This document shows, one piece after another, positions 47,751-63,200 of a stretch of DNA of 64,000 bases. Both the position numbers and the translations under genes were made by a program. The stretch is from the human T2T-CHM13v2.0 reference genome, Homo sapiens. The notes under the pieces are model-generated. The model had not been told where the DNA came from. It did no database searches and saw nothing but the letters and a program-made list of their open reading frames with translations. The stretch lies in the NCBI RefSeq assembly GCF_009914755.1, contig NC_060937.1; one strand, written 5' to 3'. Every line of letters starts with the position of its first letter. The first letter of the stretch is position 1.

Positions 47751-50700
47751 ATGGATTCGAATGGAATGGACGGGAATGGAATGGAATGGAATGGACTCGA
47801 ATGGAATGGAATCGAATGAAATGGAATCTAATGAAAGGTAATCAAATGGAATGGAATCGAATTGAATGGAACGGAATGGAACGGTCTCGAATGCAACAGA
47901 ATCAAATGGAATAGAATCGAGTGGAATGGAATGGACTCGAATGGATAGGAATGGAAACGAAAGGAATGGAAACGGAATGGATTCGAAAGGAATGGACTGG
48001 AATGGAATGCAATCGAATGGAATGGAATCGAACAGAATGGAATCAAATGGAATGGAATGGATTCGAATGGACTGGACAGGAATGGAATGGTCCTGAAAGG
48101 AAAGGAATGGAATGGAAAAGAAGGGAATGGAATGGAGTGGAATGGAATGGAATAGAATTTAATGGAATGGAACGGACTCGAATGAAATGGCCTGGAGTGG
48201 AATGGAATCGAATGGAATAGAATTGACTGAAATGGAATCGAAAGGGATGGAATAGAATTTAATGGAATAGAATGGATTGGAATGGAATGGAATCTAATCA
48301 AATCAAATGGAATGGAATAGAATGGAAGGGAAGGGAATAGAAAGGAATAGAATGGAATAGATTCAAATGGAATGGAATGGAATAGAATGGAATGGATTCA
48401 AATGGAATGGAATAGAAATGAATGTAACACAATGGAACGGAATGGAAACTAATAGCATGGAATGGAACGGAATGGAATGGAATGGAATAGATTTGAAAGG
48501 AATGGAATGGACTGGACTCAAAAGGAATGGACTGGAATGGCATGGAATTGAACGGTATGGAATGGAATGGAATGGAATTGAATGGAATGGATTTGAAAGG
48601 AATGGAATGGAAAGGAAAGGAATGGAACAGACTGGAATGGAATGGACTGGAATGAATTGGAATTGAATGGAATGGAATGGAAATGAGTGGAATGCAATGG
48701 AATGGACTGGAATGGAATGGAATGGAATGGACTGTAATGGAATGGAGTATAATAGAACGGCCCCAAATGGAATCTAATCGAATGGAATGGAATCAAATGG
48801 AATGGAAAGGAATAGAATGGAATCGAATGGAATGGACTCGAATGAAATGTACTGGAATGGAATGGACTCGAATGGAATGGACTGGAATGGAATGTATTCA
48901 AAGAGAATGGAATTGAATGGAATGGACACGAATGCAATAAAATGGAATGGAATGGACACGAATAGAATGGATTCTAATAGAATGGACTGGAATGGAATGG
49001 ATTAAATTGGATGGACTCGAATGGAATGTAATCGAATGGAATGGAATCGAACGGGACAGAATCGAATGGAATAGAATCGAATGGAAAGGAATCGAATGGA
49101 ATGGACTGGAAAGAAATGGAATTGATAAGAATGGACTCGAATGGAATGGACTCAAAAGGAAAGGAATTGAATGAAATGGAATTGAATGGAATGGAATCGA
49201 ATTTAATGGAATGGAATCGAATGGAATGCAATCGAATGGAATGCAATGGAATGGAATGGAATCGACTGGAATAGAATCTACTAGAATGGAATGGAATGGA
49301 ATGGAATTGATTCGATTGGAGTGGACAGGAATGGAATGGACTAGAATGGAATGAACTCAAAAAGAAAGAAATGGAATGGAATGGAATAGAACAGAATGTA
49401 ATGGGATCGAATGGAATGGAATCTAATGAAATGCAATCGAACGGAATGCAATAGAATGGAAAGGAATGGAATGGAATAGAAACGAATGGAATGGAATTGA
49501 GTGAAATGGATTCTAATGTAATAGAATTGAATTGATTGAAATGCAATGGAATGGAAAGGACTCGAATGTAGTAGACTGGAATGGAATGGACTCGAATGAA
49601 ATGGACTGGAAGGGAATGAGCTCGATTGGAATGCAAACGAATGGAATAGAAACGAATGTAATGAAATCAAATGGAATGAATTGAATGGAATGAAACCGAA
49701 TGGAATGCACTGGAATGGAATGGACTCGAATTGAAAGGAATCGAATATAATGGAATGGAACGGAATGAAAAGTAACGGAATGGAATGGAATCAAATGGAA
49801 TGGACTCGAATGCAATGCACTGGAATTGAATGGAATCGAGTGGAATGGACTTGAATGGAATGGCGTCTAATGCAATGGAATGGACTGCAAAAGAATCGAG
49901 TTGAATGGAATTATTGGAATGGAGTTGAATGGAATGGATTGGAAAGGAATTGAATCAAATGGAATGGAATCGATTGGAATGGACTAGAATGGAATGGACA
50001 CTAAAGGAATGGAATGAAATGGAATGGTCTCGAATGGAATGGAATGGAATGGAAAGGGCTCGAATGGAATGGAACCCAAAGGACTGGCATCGAATGCAAT
50101 GGAATCTAATGGAATGGAATCCAATGTAATAGACCGGATTGGAATGAACTCAGATGCAATTGACTGCAAAGGAAAGGTCTCGAATGGAATGTAACGGAAT
50201 GCGACGTACTCAAATGGAATGGACTCGAATGGAAAGGAATGGAATGGAATGGAATCAAATGGAATCGGTTGGAATAGCATGGATTTGAACCAAATGGAAT
50301 GAAATGGAATGGTCTTGAAAGTAATGGGCAGGAATGGAATGGAACCGAATGGAATGGAATGAATTGGAAAGGAATGGATTGGACTCGAATTTAATGGGCA
50401 GGAATGGAATGGAACAGAATGGAATGGAATGAATTGGAATGGAATGGATTGGACTCGAATTTAATGGGCAGGAATGGAATGGAACAGAATGGAATGGAAT
50501 GAATTGGAATGGAATGGATTGGACACGAATGTAATTGACTGCAATGGAATGGACTCGAATGGAATGGAATCAAAAGAAATGGAATAGAATGGAATGGAAT
50601 GGAACTGAATGTATCAGACTGGAATGGAATGGACTCGAATGTTATGGACTTGAATGGAATGGACTGGAATGGAATGGAATGGAATCAAATGGAATGGAAT

Positions 50701-53700
50701 CGAATGGAATGGACTGGAATGCAATGGAAATGAATGGACTGGACTGGAATGGAATGTTCTAGAATAAAATGGCATCGAATGAAATGTAACGTACTGGAAC
50801 GGAATGTATTCCAATGAAATGGCCTGGAAAGGAATTAACTCGAACGTAACTGACTTGAATGGAATGCAATTGAATGGCAAGGAATAGAATGTAATGGAAT
50901 GGAATGGATTGGAATGAAATGGAATGGAATGGAATGGAAAGGAATGGAATGGAATGGAAGAGAATAGAATGGAATGGAATCGAATGGAGTGGACTATAAT
51001 GGAATGGATTGGAATGGAATGGATTCAAATGGAATGGAATCGAATGGAGCGGATTTGAATGGAATGGACTTGAGTGGCATAGATTCAAATGGAATGGACT
51101 GGAATGGAATGCCTTTGAATGGAATGGAATAGAATGGGATGGAATCGAATGGAATGGAATCGAATTGAGTGGACTCAAATGGAATGGACTCGAATGTAAT
51201 GGACTCAAAGGGAATGGACTCGAATGGAATGGAATCTAAATGAATGGAATGGAATCAAAAGGAATGGAATCGCAAGGAATGGAATGGCATGGAATGGAAT
51301 GGATTGGAATGGAATCGAGTGGAATGGATTGGAATGAAATGTACTGGAATGGAATGGACTGAAAGGGAACATTCTCGAATGGAATGGAATAGAAAGGAAT
51401 GGACTCGAATGGAATTGAAACAACTGGAATGGAATCTAGTGGAATGGAATGGAATGGAATGGAGTGGAATGGACAGGAATGGAATGGATTCGAATAGAAT
51501 GAACATGAATGGAATGGATTCAAATGGGATGGACTCGAATGGAATGCATTTGAATGGAATGGAATTGAATGGAATGGAATCAAATGGAATGGACTGGAAT
51601 TGAATGGATTCATACGGAGTGGACTCGAATGGAATGGACTCGAAATGAAAGGAATCTATTGTAATGGAACAGAACGGTATGGAAACGACTTGAATGGAAA
51701 GGATTCAAATGGAATGCAATGGAATGGAATGAAATGGAATGGAATCAAAAGGAATGGAATCGAGTGGAAGTCTTGAATGGAATGGAATCTAATGGAATGG
51801 AATGGACTCCAATGGAATGCACTGGAATAGAATGGACTCGAAAGGAAAGGACTCGAATAGAAAGGACAAAAAGGAAAGGAATCAAAAGGAATGGAATCGA
51901 TGGCAATAGAATCGAATGGAATGGAATAGAAAGGAATGCAAACGAATGGAACGGAATGGTATGGAATGGAATGGAATGGAATCAAATGGAAAGTAATTGA
52001 GTGGAATGTAGATGAAAGGATAAGAATCTAATGGAATGGAATCTAATGCAATGGAATTGGACAGAATGGAATGGAATGGAATAGAATGGAATGAAATGGA
52101 ATGGAATCAAATGTAATGGACCGGAATTGAGTGGACCCGAATGGAATGGATTGGAATGGAATGAACTCAAATGGAATGCAATAGAATGGAATGGAATCGA
52201 ATGTAATGGAATCAAATGGAATGGAATTGAATAGAATGGAATCGAATGGAATAGACGAATAGAATCGACTCGAATGGATTGGAATCAAATATAATAGAAT
52301 GTAATTTAATGGAATGGAAAGGAATGGAACCAAATGGAATGAACTCGAATGGAATGGACTGGAATTGAATGGACTCGAATGGAATGGACTTGAAAGGAAT
52401 GGAATCTAATGGAATGGAAACAAATTGAATGGAATCGATTGGAATGGACTGGAAAGGAATGGACTGGAAAGGAATGGAATGGAATGGAATCCAAAGGAAT
52501 GGAATGGAATGTAACAGAATTGAATGTAACAGAATAGAATGGAATGAAATCAAATGAAAAGGGATCAAATGGAATGGAATCATATGGAGTGGAATCAAAT
52601 TAAATGGAATGGAATCGAATGGAATGGAATCAAATGGAATGGAATCAAATTGAAAGGAGTCGAATGGCACGGAATGGAATCGAATGGATTGCAGTGAAGT
52701 GGAGTGGAGTGGAATGGACTGGGATGGAATGGAATTGAATGTAGAGGACGGGAGTGGAGTTGAATGGACTCAAATGGAATGGAAGGGGAAGGAATGGAAT
52801 TGAACGGAATGGAGTATAATGGAGTGGAGTGGAATGTAATGCAATGGAATGGAATGGAATGGAATAGAATGGAATGGAGTTAATGGATTGCAAAGGAGTG
52901 GAATGGAAGGAAGTGGAGATGGATGGAATGGAGTATAGTGGAGTGGAGTGGAGTGGAATGGAATGGAATGGACTCCAAAGGACTGGAGTCAAATGAAATG
53001 TAATTGAAAGCAATGGAATGGAACGGAATGGAACGGACTCCAAAGGACTGGAGTCGAACGGAATGGAATTGAATGCAAAGGAATGGAATGGAATGGAATG
53101 GAATGGAACGGAATGCAATTAAATGAAATGGAAAGGAACGCAATGGAATGGAATGGAGTGGAATGCAATGGAATCAAATTGAATGGAATGGAATCGAACA
53201 GAATGGAATGGAATGGAATGAAATGCAATAGAAAGGACTGGAATAGAATGGAATGGAATGGAATCGAATCGAATTTAATGGAATCAATTAGAATGGGACC
53301 GAATAGAGTGGAATGGAATGGTGTGGAATGGACTAGAATGGAATGGAATGGAAAGGAAAGGGCTCGAATGGAATGGACCCGAATGGAATGGAATCAAATG
53401 CAATGGAATGCAAAGGAACAGAATAGAATGGAATGGAAGGTAATGGACTCTAATGTAATGGAATGCAATGCTATGGACTCGAATGGAATGGATTCAAATG
53501 GAATGGACTCGAAAGGAATGGACTCGAATGGAATGGAATCTAATGGAAAGGAATTGAATGAAATGGACTGGAAGGGATCGGTTTCGCACGGAATGGAATG
53601 GAATAGAATGGAATGGAATGGAATGGAATCGAATGGAATGGACTCGAATGGAATGGACTCCAATGGAATGGACTTGAAAGGAATGCAATCGAATGGAATG

Positions 53701-56700
53701 GAATCGAACGGAATGGATTCGAAGGGAATGAAATGCAATCAAATGGAATGGAATCAAACGGAGTGGAATGGAATGGAATGGAATGGACTCGAATGTAAAG
53801 GACTGGAACGGAAAAGACTGGAATCAAATGGACTCACATGGAATGGAGTCAAATGGAATGCAATCAAATAGAATAGAACAAAATGGAATGGAATGGAATC
53901 GAATGGAATGGAATATATTCGAATATAAAGGACTGGAATGGAATGTACTTGAATGAAATGGACTTGAATGAAAAGGATTTGTATGGAATGCACTCAAATG
54001 GAATGGAATTAAACAAAATGGACTCGAATGGAATGCAGTCGATTAGAATGGAATCGAATGGGGTGGAATCTAATGGAATGGACTGCAATGGAATGGACTC
54101 CAAAGAATGGACTCGAATGGAATAGACTCGAATGTAACGTAATGTAATGAAATCGTAAAAAATGGGATGGACTCGATTGTAATGGATTGTAATGCAATAG
54201 ACTAGCATGGAATGGACTCCAATGGAATGGAACAAAATGGAATGGAAAGGATTGGAATGTACTCGAATTTAAATGACTAGAAAGGAATGGACTTGAATGG
54301 AATTGACTCGAATGGAATACAGTCGAATGGAATGGAATGCAATGGAAAGGAAAGGAGTGGAATGGAATGGACAGTAATCGAATGGACTTGAAAGGAAGGG
54401 ACTCGAATGGAATGTACTCGAATGGAATGCAATCGAATGGAATGGAATCGAATGGAATGGAATCAAAAGGAATGGACTGGAATGAAATAGAATGGAATGG
54501 AATGGACTCGATTGGAATGGACTGGAATGGAATAGACTCAAAAGGAATGGACTCAAATGGAATGCAATCGACTGCAATGGAACTGAATGGAGTGGAATCG
54601 AACGGAATGGTATTGAATGGAATGGACTCTAATGGAATGCAATAGAATCGAAAGGACACTAATGGAATGAACTGGAATGGACCGGTCTCGAATGGAATGG
54701 AAAGGAATGGAATGGACTGGAACGGAATCTAATGGAATGGACTTGAATAGAATGGACTCGAATTGAAAGGATTCGAATGGAATGGACGCGAATGGTCTGG
54801 AATTGAATCGAATCGAATGTAATGCTCTCTAATGGATTGGTCACGAATGGAATGGAATCAAATGGAACGGAATCAAATGAAATGGACTCGAATGAAATGT
54901 AATCGAATGGAATGGAATCAAATAGAATGGCATAGAATGGAATGGACTTAAATTTAATGGATTGGAATGGAACAGTCTGGAATGGAATGGAATTGAATGG
55001 AATGGAATGGAGTATAACGGAATGAAATGGAATGGAATCGAATAGAATGGAAAGGAATGGAATGGAATGGAATCGAATGCAATGTAAAGGCATGGAATGG
55101 CACAGAACGGAACGGAATTGAAAGGAATAGAATCTAATGGAATGGAATGGAATTGATTCCAATGGAATGGACTGGAATGGAATAGAATGGAAGGGAATTT
55201 ATTCACATGGAATGGGCTGGAATGGAATTGAGTGGAATGGAATGGACTACAAGGGAAAGAACATGAATGGAATGGAATTCAATAGAATGGAATCGAATGG
55301 AATGGAAGGGTATGGAATGAAATATAATGCAGTCGAATGGAATGGAATGGATTGGAAAGGAATGGAATGGAATGGAATAGAATCGAATGGAATGGACTGT
55401 AACAGATTCGACTGGAAAGGAATGGAGTCCTATGGAACGGATTCAAATGGAATGGATTCGCATCGAATGGATACGAGTGGTCTGGAATGGAATGGACTCG
55501 AATGCAATGGTCTCCAATAGAATGGACTCGAATGGAATGCAATTGAATGGAAAGGAATAAAATTTAATGGAATCGAATGGAATGGAATCGAATGGAATGG
55601 AATCTAGTGGAATGGAATAGAATCGATACGACCCGAATGGAATGAACTGGAATAGAATGATCTCCAATGGAATGGAATCGGGTGGAATGGAATCGATTGG
55701 AATGGAAAGAAAATGAAAAGAATGGAAAGCAATAGAATGAAAAGGAATGGAATGAAATGGAGTCAATCGAATTGACTAGAATGGAATGGAATGTACATGA
55801 AAGTAATGAACTGGAATGGAATGGAGTTGATTCGAATTGTGTCTAACGGAATGGAATCGAAAGGAATGGAATCCAATGGAATGCAATCACAAGGATTGGA
55901 AAGGAATGGAATGGACTCGAATGGAAGGGAATAAAATGGAATGGAAAGGAGTGGACTGGAATGGCATGGACTCGAAAGGAATGGACTGGAATGGAACCGT
56001 TCCGAATGAAATGGACCCGAATGGATTGGAACTGAAAGGTATGGTATTGAATGGAATGGAATCGAATGGAATGGAATGGACTGGAATGTAATAGAATGGA
56101 CTGGAATGAAATGGACTGAATGGAATAGACTAGAATGGAATGGAATCAAATGGAATGGGCTCGAAGGAATGTATTCGAATGGAATGGAATCAAATGGAAT
56201 GGAATAGAATGGAAGGGACTTGAATTGAATGGATTGTTACGGAACGGTATTGAATGGAAGGGAATGGAATGGATTGGAATGGAATGCAATGGACTGGAAT
56301 GGAATAGACTCAAAAGGAATGGAATCGAATTGAATGGAATTGAACAGAAGGGAATCAAATGGAATGGAAGCGAATGGAATGGAACGGAATGGAATGGAAT
56401 TGAATGGAAAATAAGGGAATATAATGGAATGGACTCTAATGGAATGGACTCAAAGGGAAGAGAATAGAATGGAATAGAATGGAATGGAATGGAATGGACA
56501 CGAATGCAATTGATTGGAGTGGTGTGGAATGGAATGAAAGGGAATGGACTCTAATGGAATGGAACGCAATGAAATGGAATGGAAATCAATGGAAAGGAAT
56601 CGAATGGAAAGGAATGGAATATAATGGAATCAAATGGAATGGAAGGGAATGGAATGGATTCGAATGGAACGTAATGGCATGAAATGGAAGGGAATTGAAT

Positions 56701-59700
56701 GGAATGTATTGGAATGGAGTGGAATGGAATGGCATGGAATGGAATCAAAAAAATGGAATTGATTATCATAAAATCTAATGGAATGGAATAGAATATATTT
56801 GAATGGAATGGACTGGAATGGAATGGAATCAAAAAATTGGAATGGAGTGGAATGGAATGTAGTGTAATGGAATGGAATGGAATGGACTTGAAAGGAATCA
56901 AATGTAATGGACTAGAATTGCGTGGAATTGTATGGAATGGAATGGAGTAAAATGGAGTGAACTGGAATGGAATGGAATAAAATGGAATGGAATCTAATGG
57001 AACGGAATCAATTGGAATGGCCTCGAATTGAATGGATCCGAAAGAATTTTCTCGAATGGAATGGGAAGACTCGAATGTAATGAAACGGAATGGAATTGAA
57101 TGGAATTGTATGCAATCGACTCGAACATAATCGACTGAATTGGAATGGAGTCAAATGGAATAGAAGCGACTGCAATGGAATCAAATGGAATTTAATTGAA
57201 CTGAAACAAATTCAATGGAATGGAATGGAATGGAAAGGAATTGAATGGATTGGTATGGAGTGGAATGTAACGGACTCGAAAGGAATGTACACGAATGGAA
57301 TGGAATTGAATGGATTGGAATCGAGTGGAATGATATCAAATTGAATTGAATCAAATGGAATGGAATGGAATGGAATGGAATGTGACGGAATGGACTCAAA
57401 TGGAATGGACTCAAAGGGAATGGAATAGAACAGAATGGAATGGAAAGGAATGGAAACGATTTGAATGGAATGGGATGGATTCAAATGGAACGGAATGGAA
57501 TGAAATGGAATGGAAGTGAATGGAATGTCATGGCATGGAATGGAATGGAATGTACTCGAAAGGAATGGAATGAAACGGACTGCAATGGAATGGAAAGTAG
57601 TGGAATCGAATGTAATGGAATGGCACGAGATGGAATCAAATGCAATGGAATCGAATATAATGTAATGTAAAGGAATGGAATGGAATGGAAACGAAAGGAA
57701 TGGCATGGCACAGAAAGGAATGCAATGGATTCGAATTGAACCAAAAGGAATGCAATGGAATGGAACTGAAAGGAATGGAATGGAATGGAATGGAATGGAA
57801 TGGAATGGCCTTGAATGCAATGGAAAGGAATGGAAAAGAATGTACTAGAATGGAATGGAACGGAATGGAATGGAATGGAATGGAATGGAATGGAATAGAA
57901 TTGTATGGAATGCAATTGCATGGAATGGAATTGAACACAATGGAATGGAGTGGAATGGAATGGAATGCACTTGCATGCAATGGAATCAAAAGGAATGGTA
58001 TCGAATGGAATGGAATCGAATTCAACAAATTGGAATGGAATGGCCTCGAAAGGAATGGAATTGAAAGGAATGGAACGAAATGCAATCAAATGGAATCAAA
58101 TGGAATTAAATGGACTGGAATGGAATAGACTGGAAAGTAATGGACTGGAATGGAATGGAATCGAATGGAATTGAAAGTAATGGAACGAAATGCAATCAAA
58201 TGGAATCAAATGGAATTAAATGGACTGGAATGGAATAGACTGGAAAGTAATGGACTGGAATGGAATGGAATCGAATGGAATGGAAACAAAAGGAATGGAA
58301 TCAAATGGAATGGAATCCAATGGAATGGACTCTAATGGAATGGATTGGAATGGAACGGTCTTGAAAGGAATGGAATTGAATGGAATGAAATGGAATAGTA
58401 TTAAAGGCAATGGAATGAAATGGAATCGAATGGAAAGGAAAGGAATGGAGTGGGATGGAATGGAAACGAATTGAATGGAATGGAATGACAAGGAATGGAA
58501 TCGAATGAAATAGAATCTAATGGAATGGAATGGAATTGATTCAAATGGAATGTACTCGAATGGAATGGACTCAAATGGAGTGGAGTGTAATGGAATGGAA
58601 AGGACTCAAATATTATGGGCTGGAATGCAATGGACTCGAATGGAACGGACTCGAATGGAATAAAATGGATTGGAATGGAATGGAAAGGAATGGACTTGAA
58701 TGTAATGGGCTGGAATGCAGTTGATTGTAATGGAATGTATTTGAATGGAATGGCTTTCAATGTAATGTAATATAACCGAATGGAATGAAATGGAATGGAA
58801 TGGGAAGGAATAGAATGGATTGGAAAGGACTCGAATGTAGTGGGCTCCATTGGAATGGAATCCAAAGGAATGAAATAGAATGGAATGGAATCCAATGGAA
58901 TGGAATAGAATGGATTGGAATCCAATGGAATGGAATCAAATGGAATGGAGTGGAATGCGATGGACTCGAATGAAATGGACTGGAATGTAATTGTCTCTAA
59001 TGGAAAGCAATGGAATGGAATGGAATCAAATCGAATGGAATGTAATCGATTGGAATAGAATGGAAGTGAATGGAATGGACTCCCATGGAATGTACTCGAA
59101 CAGAAAGCAATCAAATGGAATCGAATCAAATAAAATGCAATGGAATGGAATGGAATGAAATGGAACGGAAAGGAACTGATTGAAAACAAACTGAATGGAA
59201 TAGAATGGAATCCAAAGGATTCGAATGGAATGGAATGCAATGAAATGGAATTGAATGGAATGGAAAGGAATGGAATCGATTCGAATGGAATGGAATGGCA
59301 TGGAATGGAATCGAATAAAATGGAATGAAATTGAATGGAATGGGATGGAATGAAGTGGACTGGAAAGGATTCGAAAAGAATGGACTGGAATTGAGTGGAA
59401 CTGTATGGAATGGAACGGACTCGAATGGAATGGAATCGAATGAAATGGAGTCGAATTGAATGTGTCCAACTCGAACGCTGTCCAGTGTAATGTAATGGGA
59501 TGGAAGGGAATGGAATTTAATGCAATGGAAAGACTAGAATGGAATAAAATGGAATGGAATGGAATGGAATAGAATGTAATGGACTGCAATGGAATGGACT
59601 CGAATGGAATGCACTAGAGTACAAAGGAATTGAATGCAATTTAATCGAATGGAATGAAATCCAATGGAATGGAATGGAATGCAATGCATTGGAACAGACT

Positions 59701-62700
59701 GGAATGTAATGTACTCGAATGGAATTCACACGAATGGAATGAAATTGAATGCAATCGATGCGAATGGAATGGAATCAAATCGAATGGAATGGAATGGAAT
59801 GGAATGGAATGGAATAGATTATAATGGAAAAGAATAGAATGGAATGGAATGGAGTTGAATGGACTCGAATCGAATGGACTCAAAGGGAATGGAATGGAAC
59901 ATAATACAATGGAAAGGAATGGAATTGACTCGAATGGAAAAGAATGAAGTGGAATGGAATGGAATTGATCGCAATGGATTCCAATGGAATGGAAAGGAAA
60001 GAAATGGAATGGAATTGAATGGAATGCCCGGAAATCAATTGGAATGGAATGGCATGTAATGGAATCTAATGGAATCGAATTAAATGGAAAAGAATCGAAT
60101 GAAATGGAAAGGAATTGAATAGAATGGATTTGAATGGAATGGAATGGAATTTAATATAATGGAATGGACTGGAAATGAATGGAAGCGAATGGAATGGAAT
60201 CGAATGGAATGGACTCGAATGGAATGGAATGGAATGGAATCGTCTCAAGTGGAATGGAATGGAATAGAATGGAATGGAATCGAATGAAACTGAATGGAAT
60301 TTAACGGAATTGAATGGAATGGAATGGAATCGAATAGAAGGGAACCAAATGGAATGGTGTGTAATTGAATGAAGTAGAATGGAATGGACTCCAATGGAAT
60401 GAACTCGAATGGAATGGAATGAAATGGAATGGAATGTTATAGAACGGAATCGAATGGAGTCAAATGGAATGGAATGGATTGGAATGGAATGGAATGGAAT
60501 AGAATCAAATGGAATGGAATCACATGGAATGGACTGGAACGCAATGAACGGGAATGGAATTAACTCAAATGGAATAAACTCGAATGGAATGGATTGCAAT
60601 GGAATGGAATCTGATGGAATGGAATAGAATGGAATGGACATGAATGGACTGAACTGGAATGGAACGGTCTCGAATGGAATGGAATCGAATGGAATGATAT
60701 CAAATGGAATTGAATGGAACGGAAAAGATTGGAGTGGTATGGAATGAAATTGACACAACTGAATTGACTGGAATGGAATGGAATGTACTCGAATGAAATG
60801 GACTGAATGGAATGGCCTCGAAAGGAATGGAGTCGAATGGAAAGGAATCGAAAGGAATGGAATCCAATGGAATGGAATTACAAGGAATGGAAATGAATGG
60901 AATGGAATCAAATGGATGGGAATTGAATGGAATGGAAAGGGCTGGACTGGAATGGAATGGACTCGAAAGGAATAGACTGGAATGGAACCCTCTGGAATAA
61001 AGTGGAGACGAATGGATTGGAATTCAAAGGAATGGATTCGAATGGAATGGAATCGAATGGAATGGAACGGAATTGAAGGGAATAGAATGGACTTGAATGT
61101 AATTGACTGAATGGAACGGACTCAACAGGAATGGAATCGAATGGAATGGAATCAAAAGGAATGGACTCGAAAGGAAGGTAATCAAATGGAATGGAATCAA
61201 ATGGAATACAATCAAACGGAAAGAACTACGATTGAATGGATCGGAAAGGAATGGTATTGAATGGAATGGAAGTGAATGGAATGGAATGGAGTGGAATGGA
61301 AGGTAATGGAATAGAATCGAATGGAATGGAAAAGAATGGAATGGAATGGAATGGAATGGAATGGACTGCAATGGAATGGAATGTACTCGAATCTAGTGAA
61401 CTGGAATAGAATGGATTAGAATGGAATGGAGTCGAACGGAACGGAATCAAATGGAATGGATTCTAATGGATTTGAATCCAAAGAAACAAAAAAAAATCGA
61501 AAGCACTCTAATGAAAGGAAATTGAATGGAATGGAATATATTGGACTTGAGTGGAATGGACTCGAAAGGAATGGACTTGACTGGAATCATCTTGATTAAA
61601 GTGGACCCAAATTGATTGGAATAGACAGGAATGGAATTGAAAGAAATAGAATCAAATGGAGTTGACTCGAATGGAATGTAATCAAATGATAAGGAATCAG
61701 CTGGAATGGAATAGAATGGAATGGGCTTCAATTGAATGGATTTGAATGTAATTGTCTCGAATGGAATTGAATGGAATGGATAGGAGTGGAATAAAATGGA
61801 ATGGAATGGAATGGAATGAAATGGAATGGAATGGAATGGAATCGAATCGAAAGGAATGGCCTGGAATGTAATTGCATGGAATGAAATCGAACTGAATAGA
61901 ATCTAATGAAACGGAATGCAATTGATTCGAATGGATTGGACTGGAAAGGAATGGAATCGAACAAAATGAGATGGAATGGAATGGTATGGAATGGAATGGA
62001 TTCGAATGGAAAGGAATGAAATTGAATGGAATAGAATGGAATGCAATGGACTGGAAAGGATTCAAATGGAAAGGACTGGAATTCAGTGGAATCGTATGGA
62101 ATGGAATAGAATGCAATGGAATGGAATGGAATGGACTCGAATGGAATGCAGTCGAATAGAATGGAATCTAATGGAATGGAATCGAATGGAATGGACTCTA
62201 ATTGAATGGATCAGAATGGAACTGTCTCGAATGCAAAGGAAAGGAATGAAAAAGACTCGAATGGAAAGAAATGGAATGGAAAGGAAAGAAATGGAATGGA
62301 ATAGAAATTTACTGATTCGAATGGAATGGACGGGAATGGAATGGAATCACATGGAATGGAATGGAATGGAATGGAAGGGAATGGACTCAAATGTAATGGA
62401 CTTGAATGGAAAGGACTCGAATGGAATGGAGCGAAATGAAATGGAATGGAATGGAATGGACTCGAATGTAATGGACTGGAATGGCATGGACTCGAAGGGT
62501 ATTGACTTGAATGGAATGCAATGGAATAGTATGGAATGGAATGGAATCAAATGTAATGGACTGGAATGGAATGTACCCGAATGGAATGGACTCGAATGGA
62601 ATGGATTCCACTGGAATGGAGTCGAATGGAATGCAATTGAAAGGAAAGGAATCGAATGGAATGGAATCAAAAGGAATGCAATCATGCACTAGAATGAATT

Positions 62701-63200
62701 GGACTTCTTTGGATTGGACTCGAATGGATAACAATTGAATGGAATGGAATTGAAAGGAATGGAATCAAATGGAATGGAATCGAATCGAATGCATTGGAAT
62801 GGAAGGGACTCAAATGGAATGGACTGGAATGGAATGGTCTTGAATGGAATGGAATCGAATGGAATGCATTACAATCGAAGGGACTCAAATGGAATGGACA
62901 GGAATGGAATGGTCTTGAATGGAATGGACTCTAATGGAATGGAATGGAAAGAATGGCATGGAATAGAATGGAATGGAATGGAATCGAATGTAATGGACTG
63001 GAATGGAATGGAATAGAATGGAATGGAATGGAATGGAAAGTAATGGACTGGAATGGAATGGACTCGAATGAAATTGACTCGAATGGAATGGACTCCATTG
63101 GAATGGACTCCAATGGAATGCAATCGAATGGAATGCCAGCGAATGGAAGGGACTGGAATGGAATGGACTCGAATGGATTTGAATGGAATGGAATGGAATG
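47751..63200 (+). repeat. Human satellite 3 (HSat3), diverged (GGAAT)n with GGACT/CGAAT/CAAAT variants
   Basis: Pentamer register kept throughout; frequent ggaatggactcgaat and ggaatcgaat; the ATCATC-rich HSat2 signature is essentially absent; no Alu fragments seen. Boundaries are approximate. Confidence 0.92.

Noticed and set aside
48290-48305. TAATCAAATCA / GAATCTAATCA near-matches to the DUX4 binding motif
   Set aside because: A single imperfect site in more than 15 kb of AAT-rich pentamers is compatible with chance.
54600-61800. Possible ~3-4-kb higher-order period in HSat3
   Set aside because: Candidate markers gave inconsistent offsets (about 2.6-3.8 kb); needs k-mer autocorrelation, which I cannot run.
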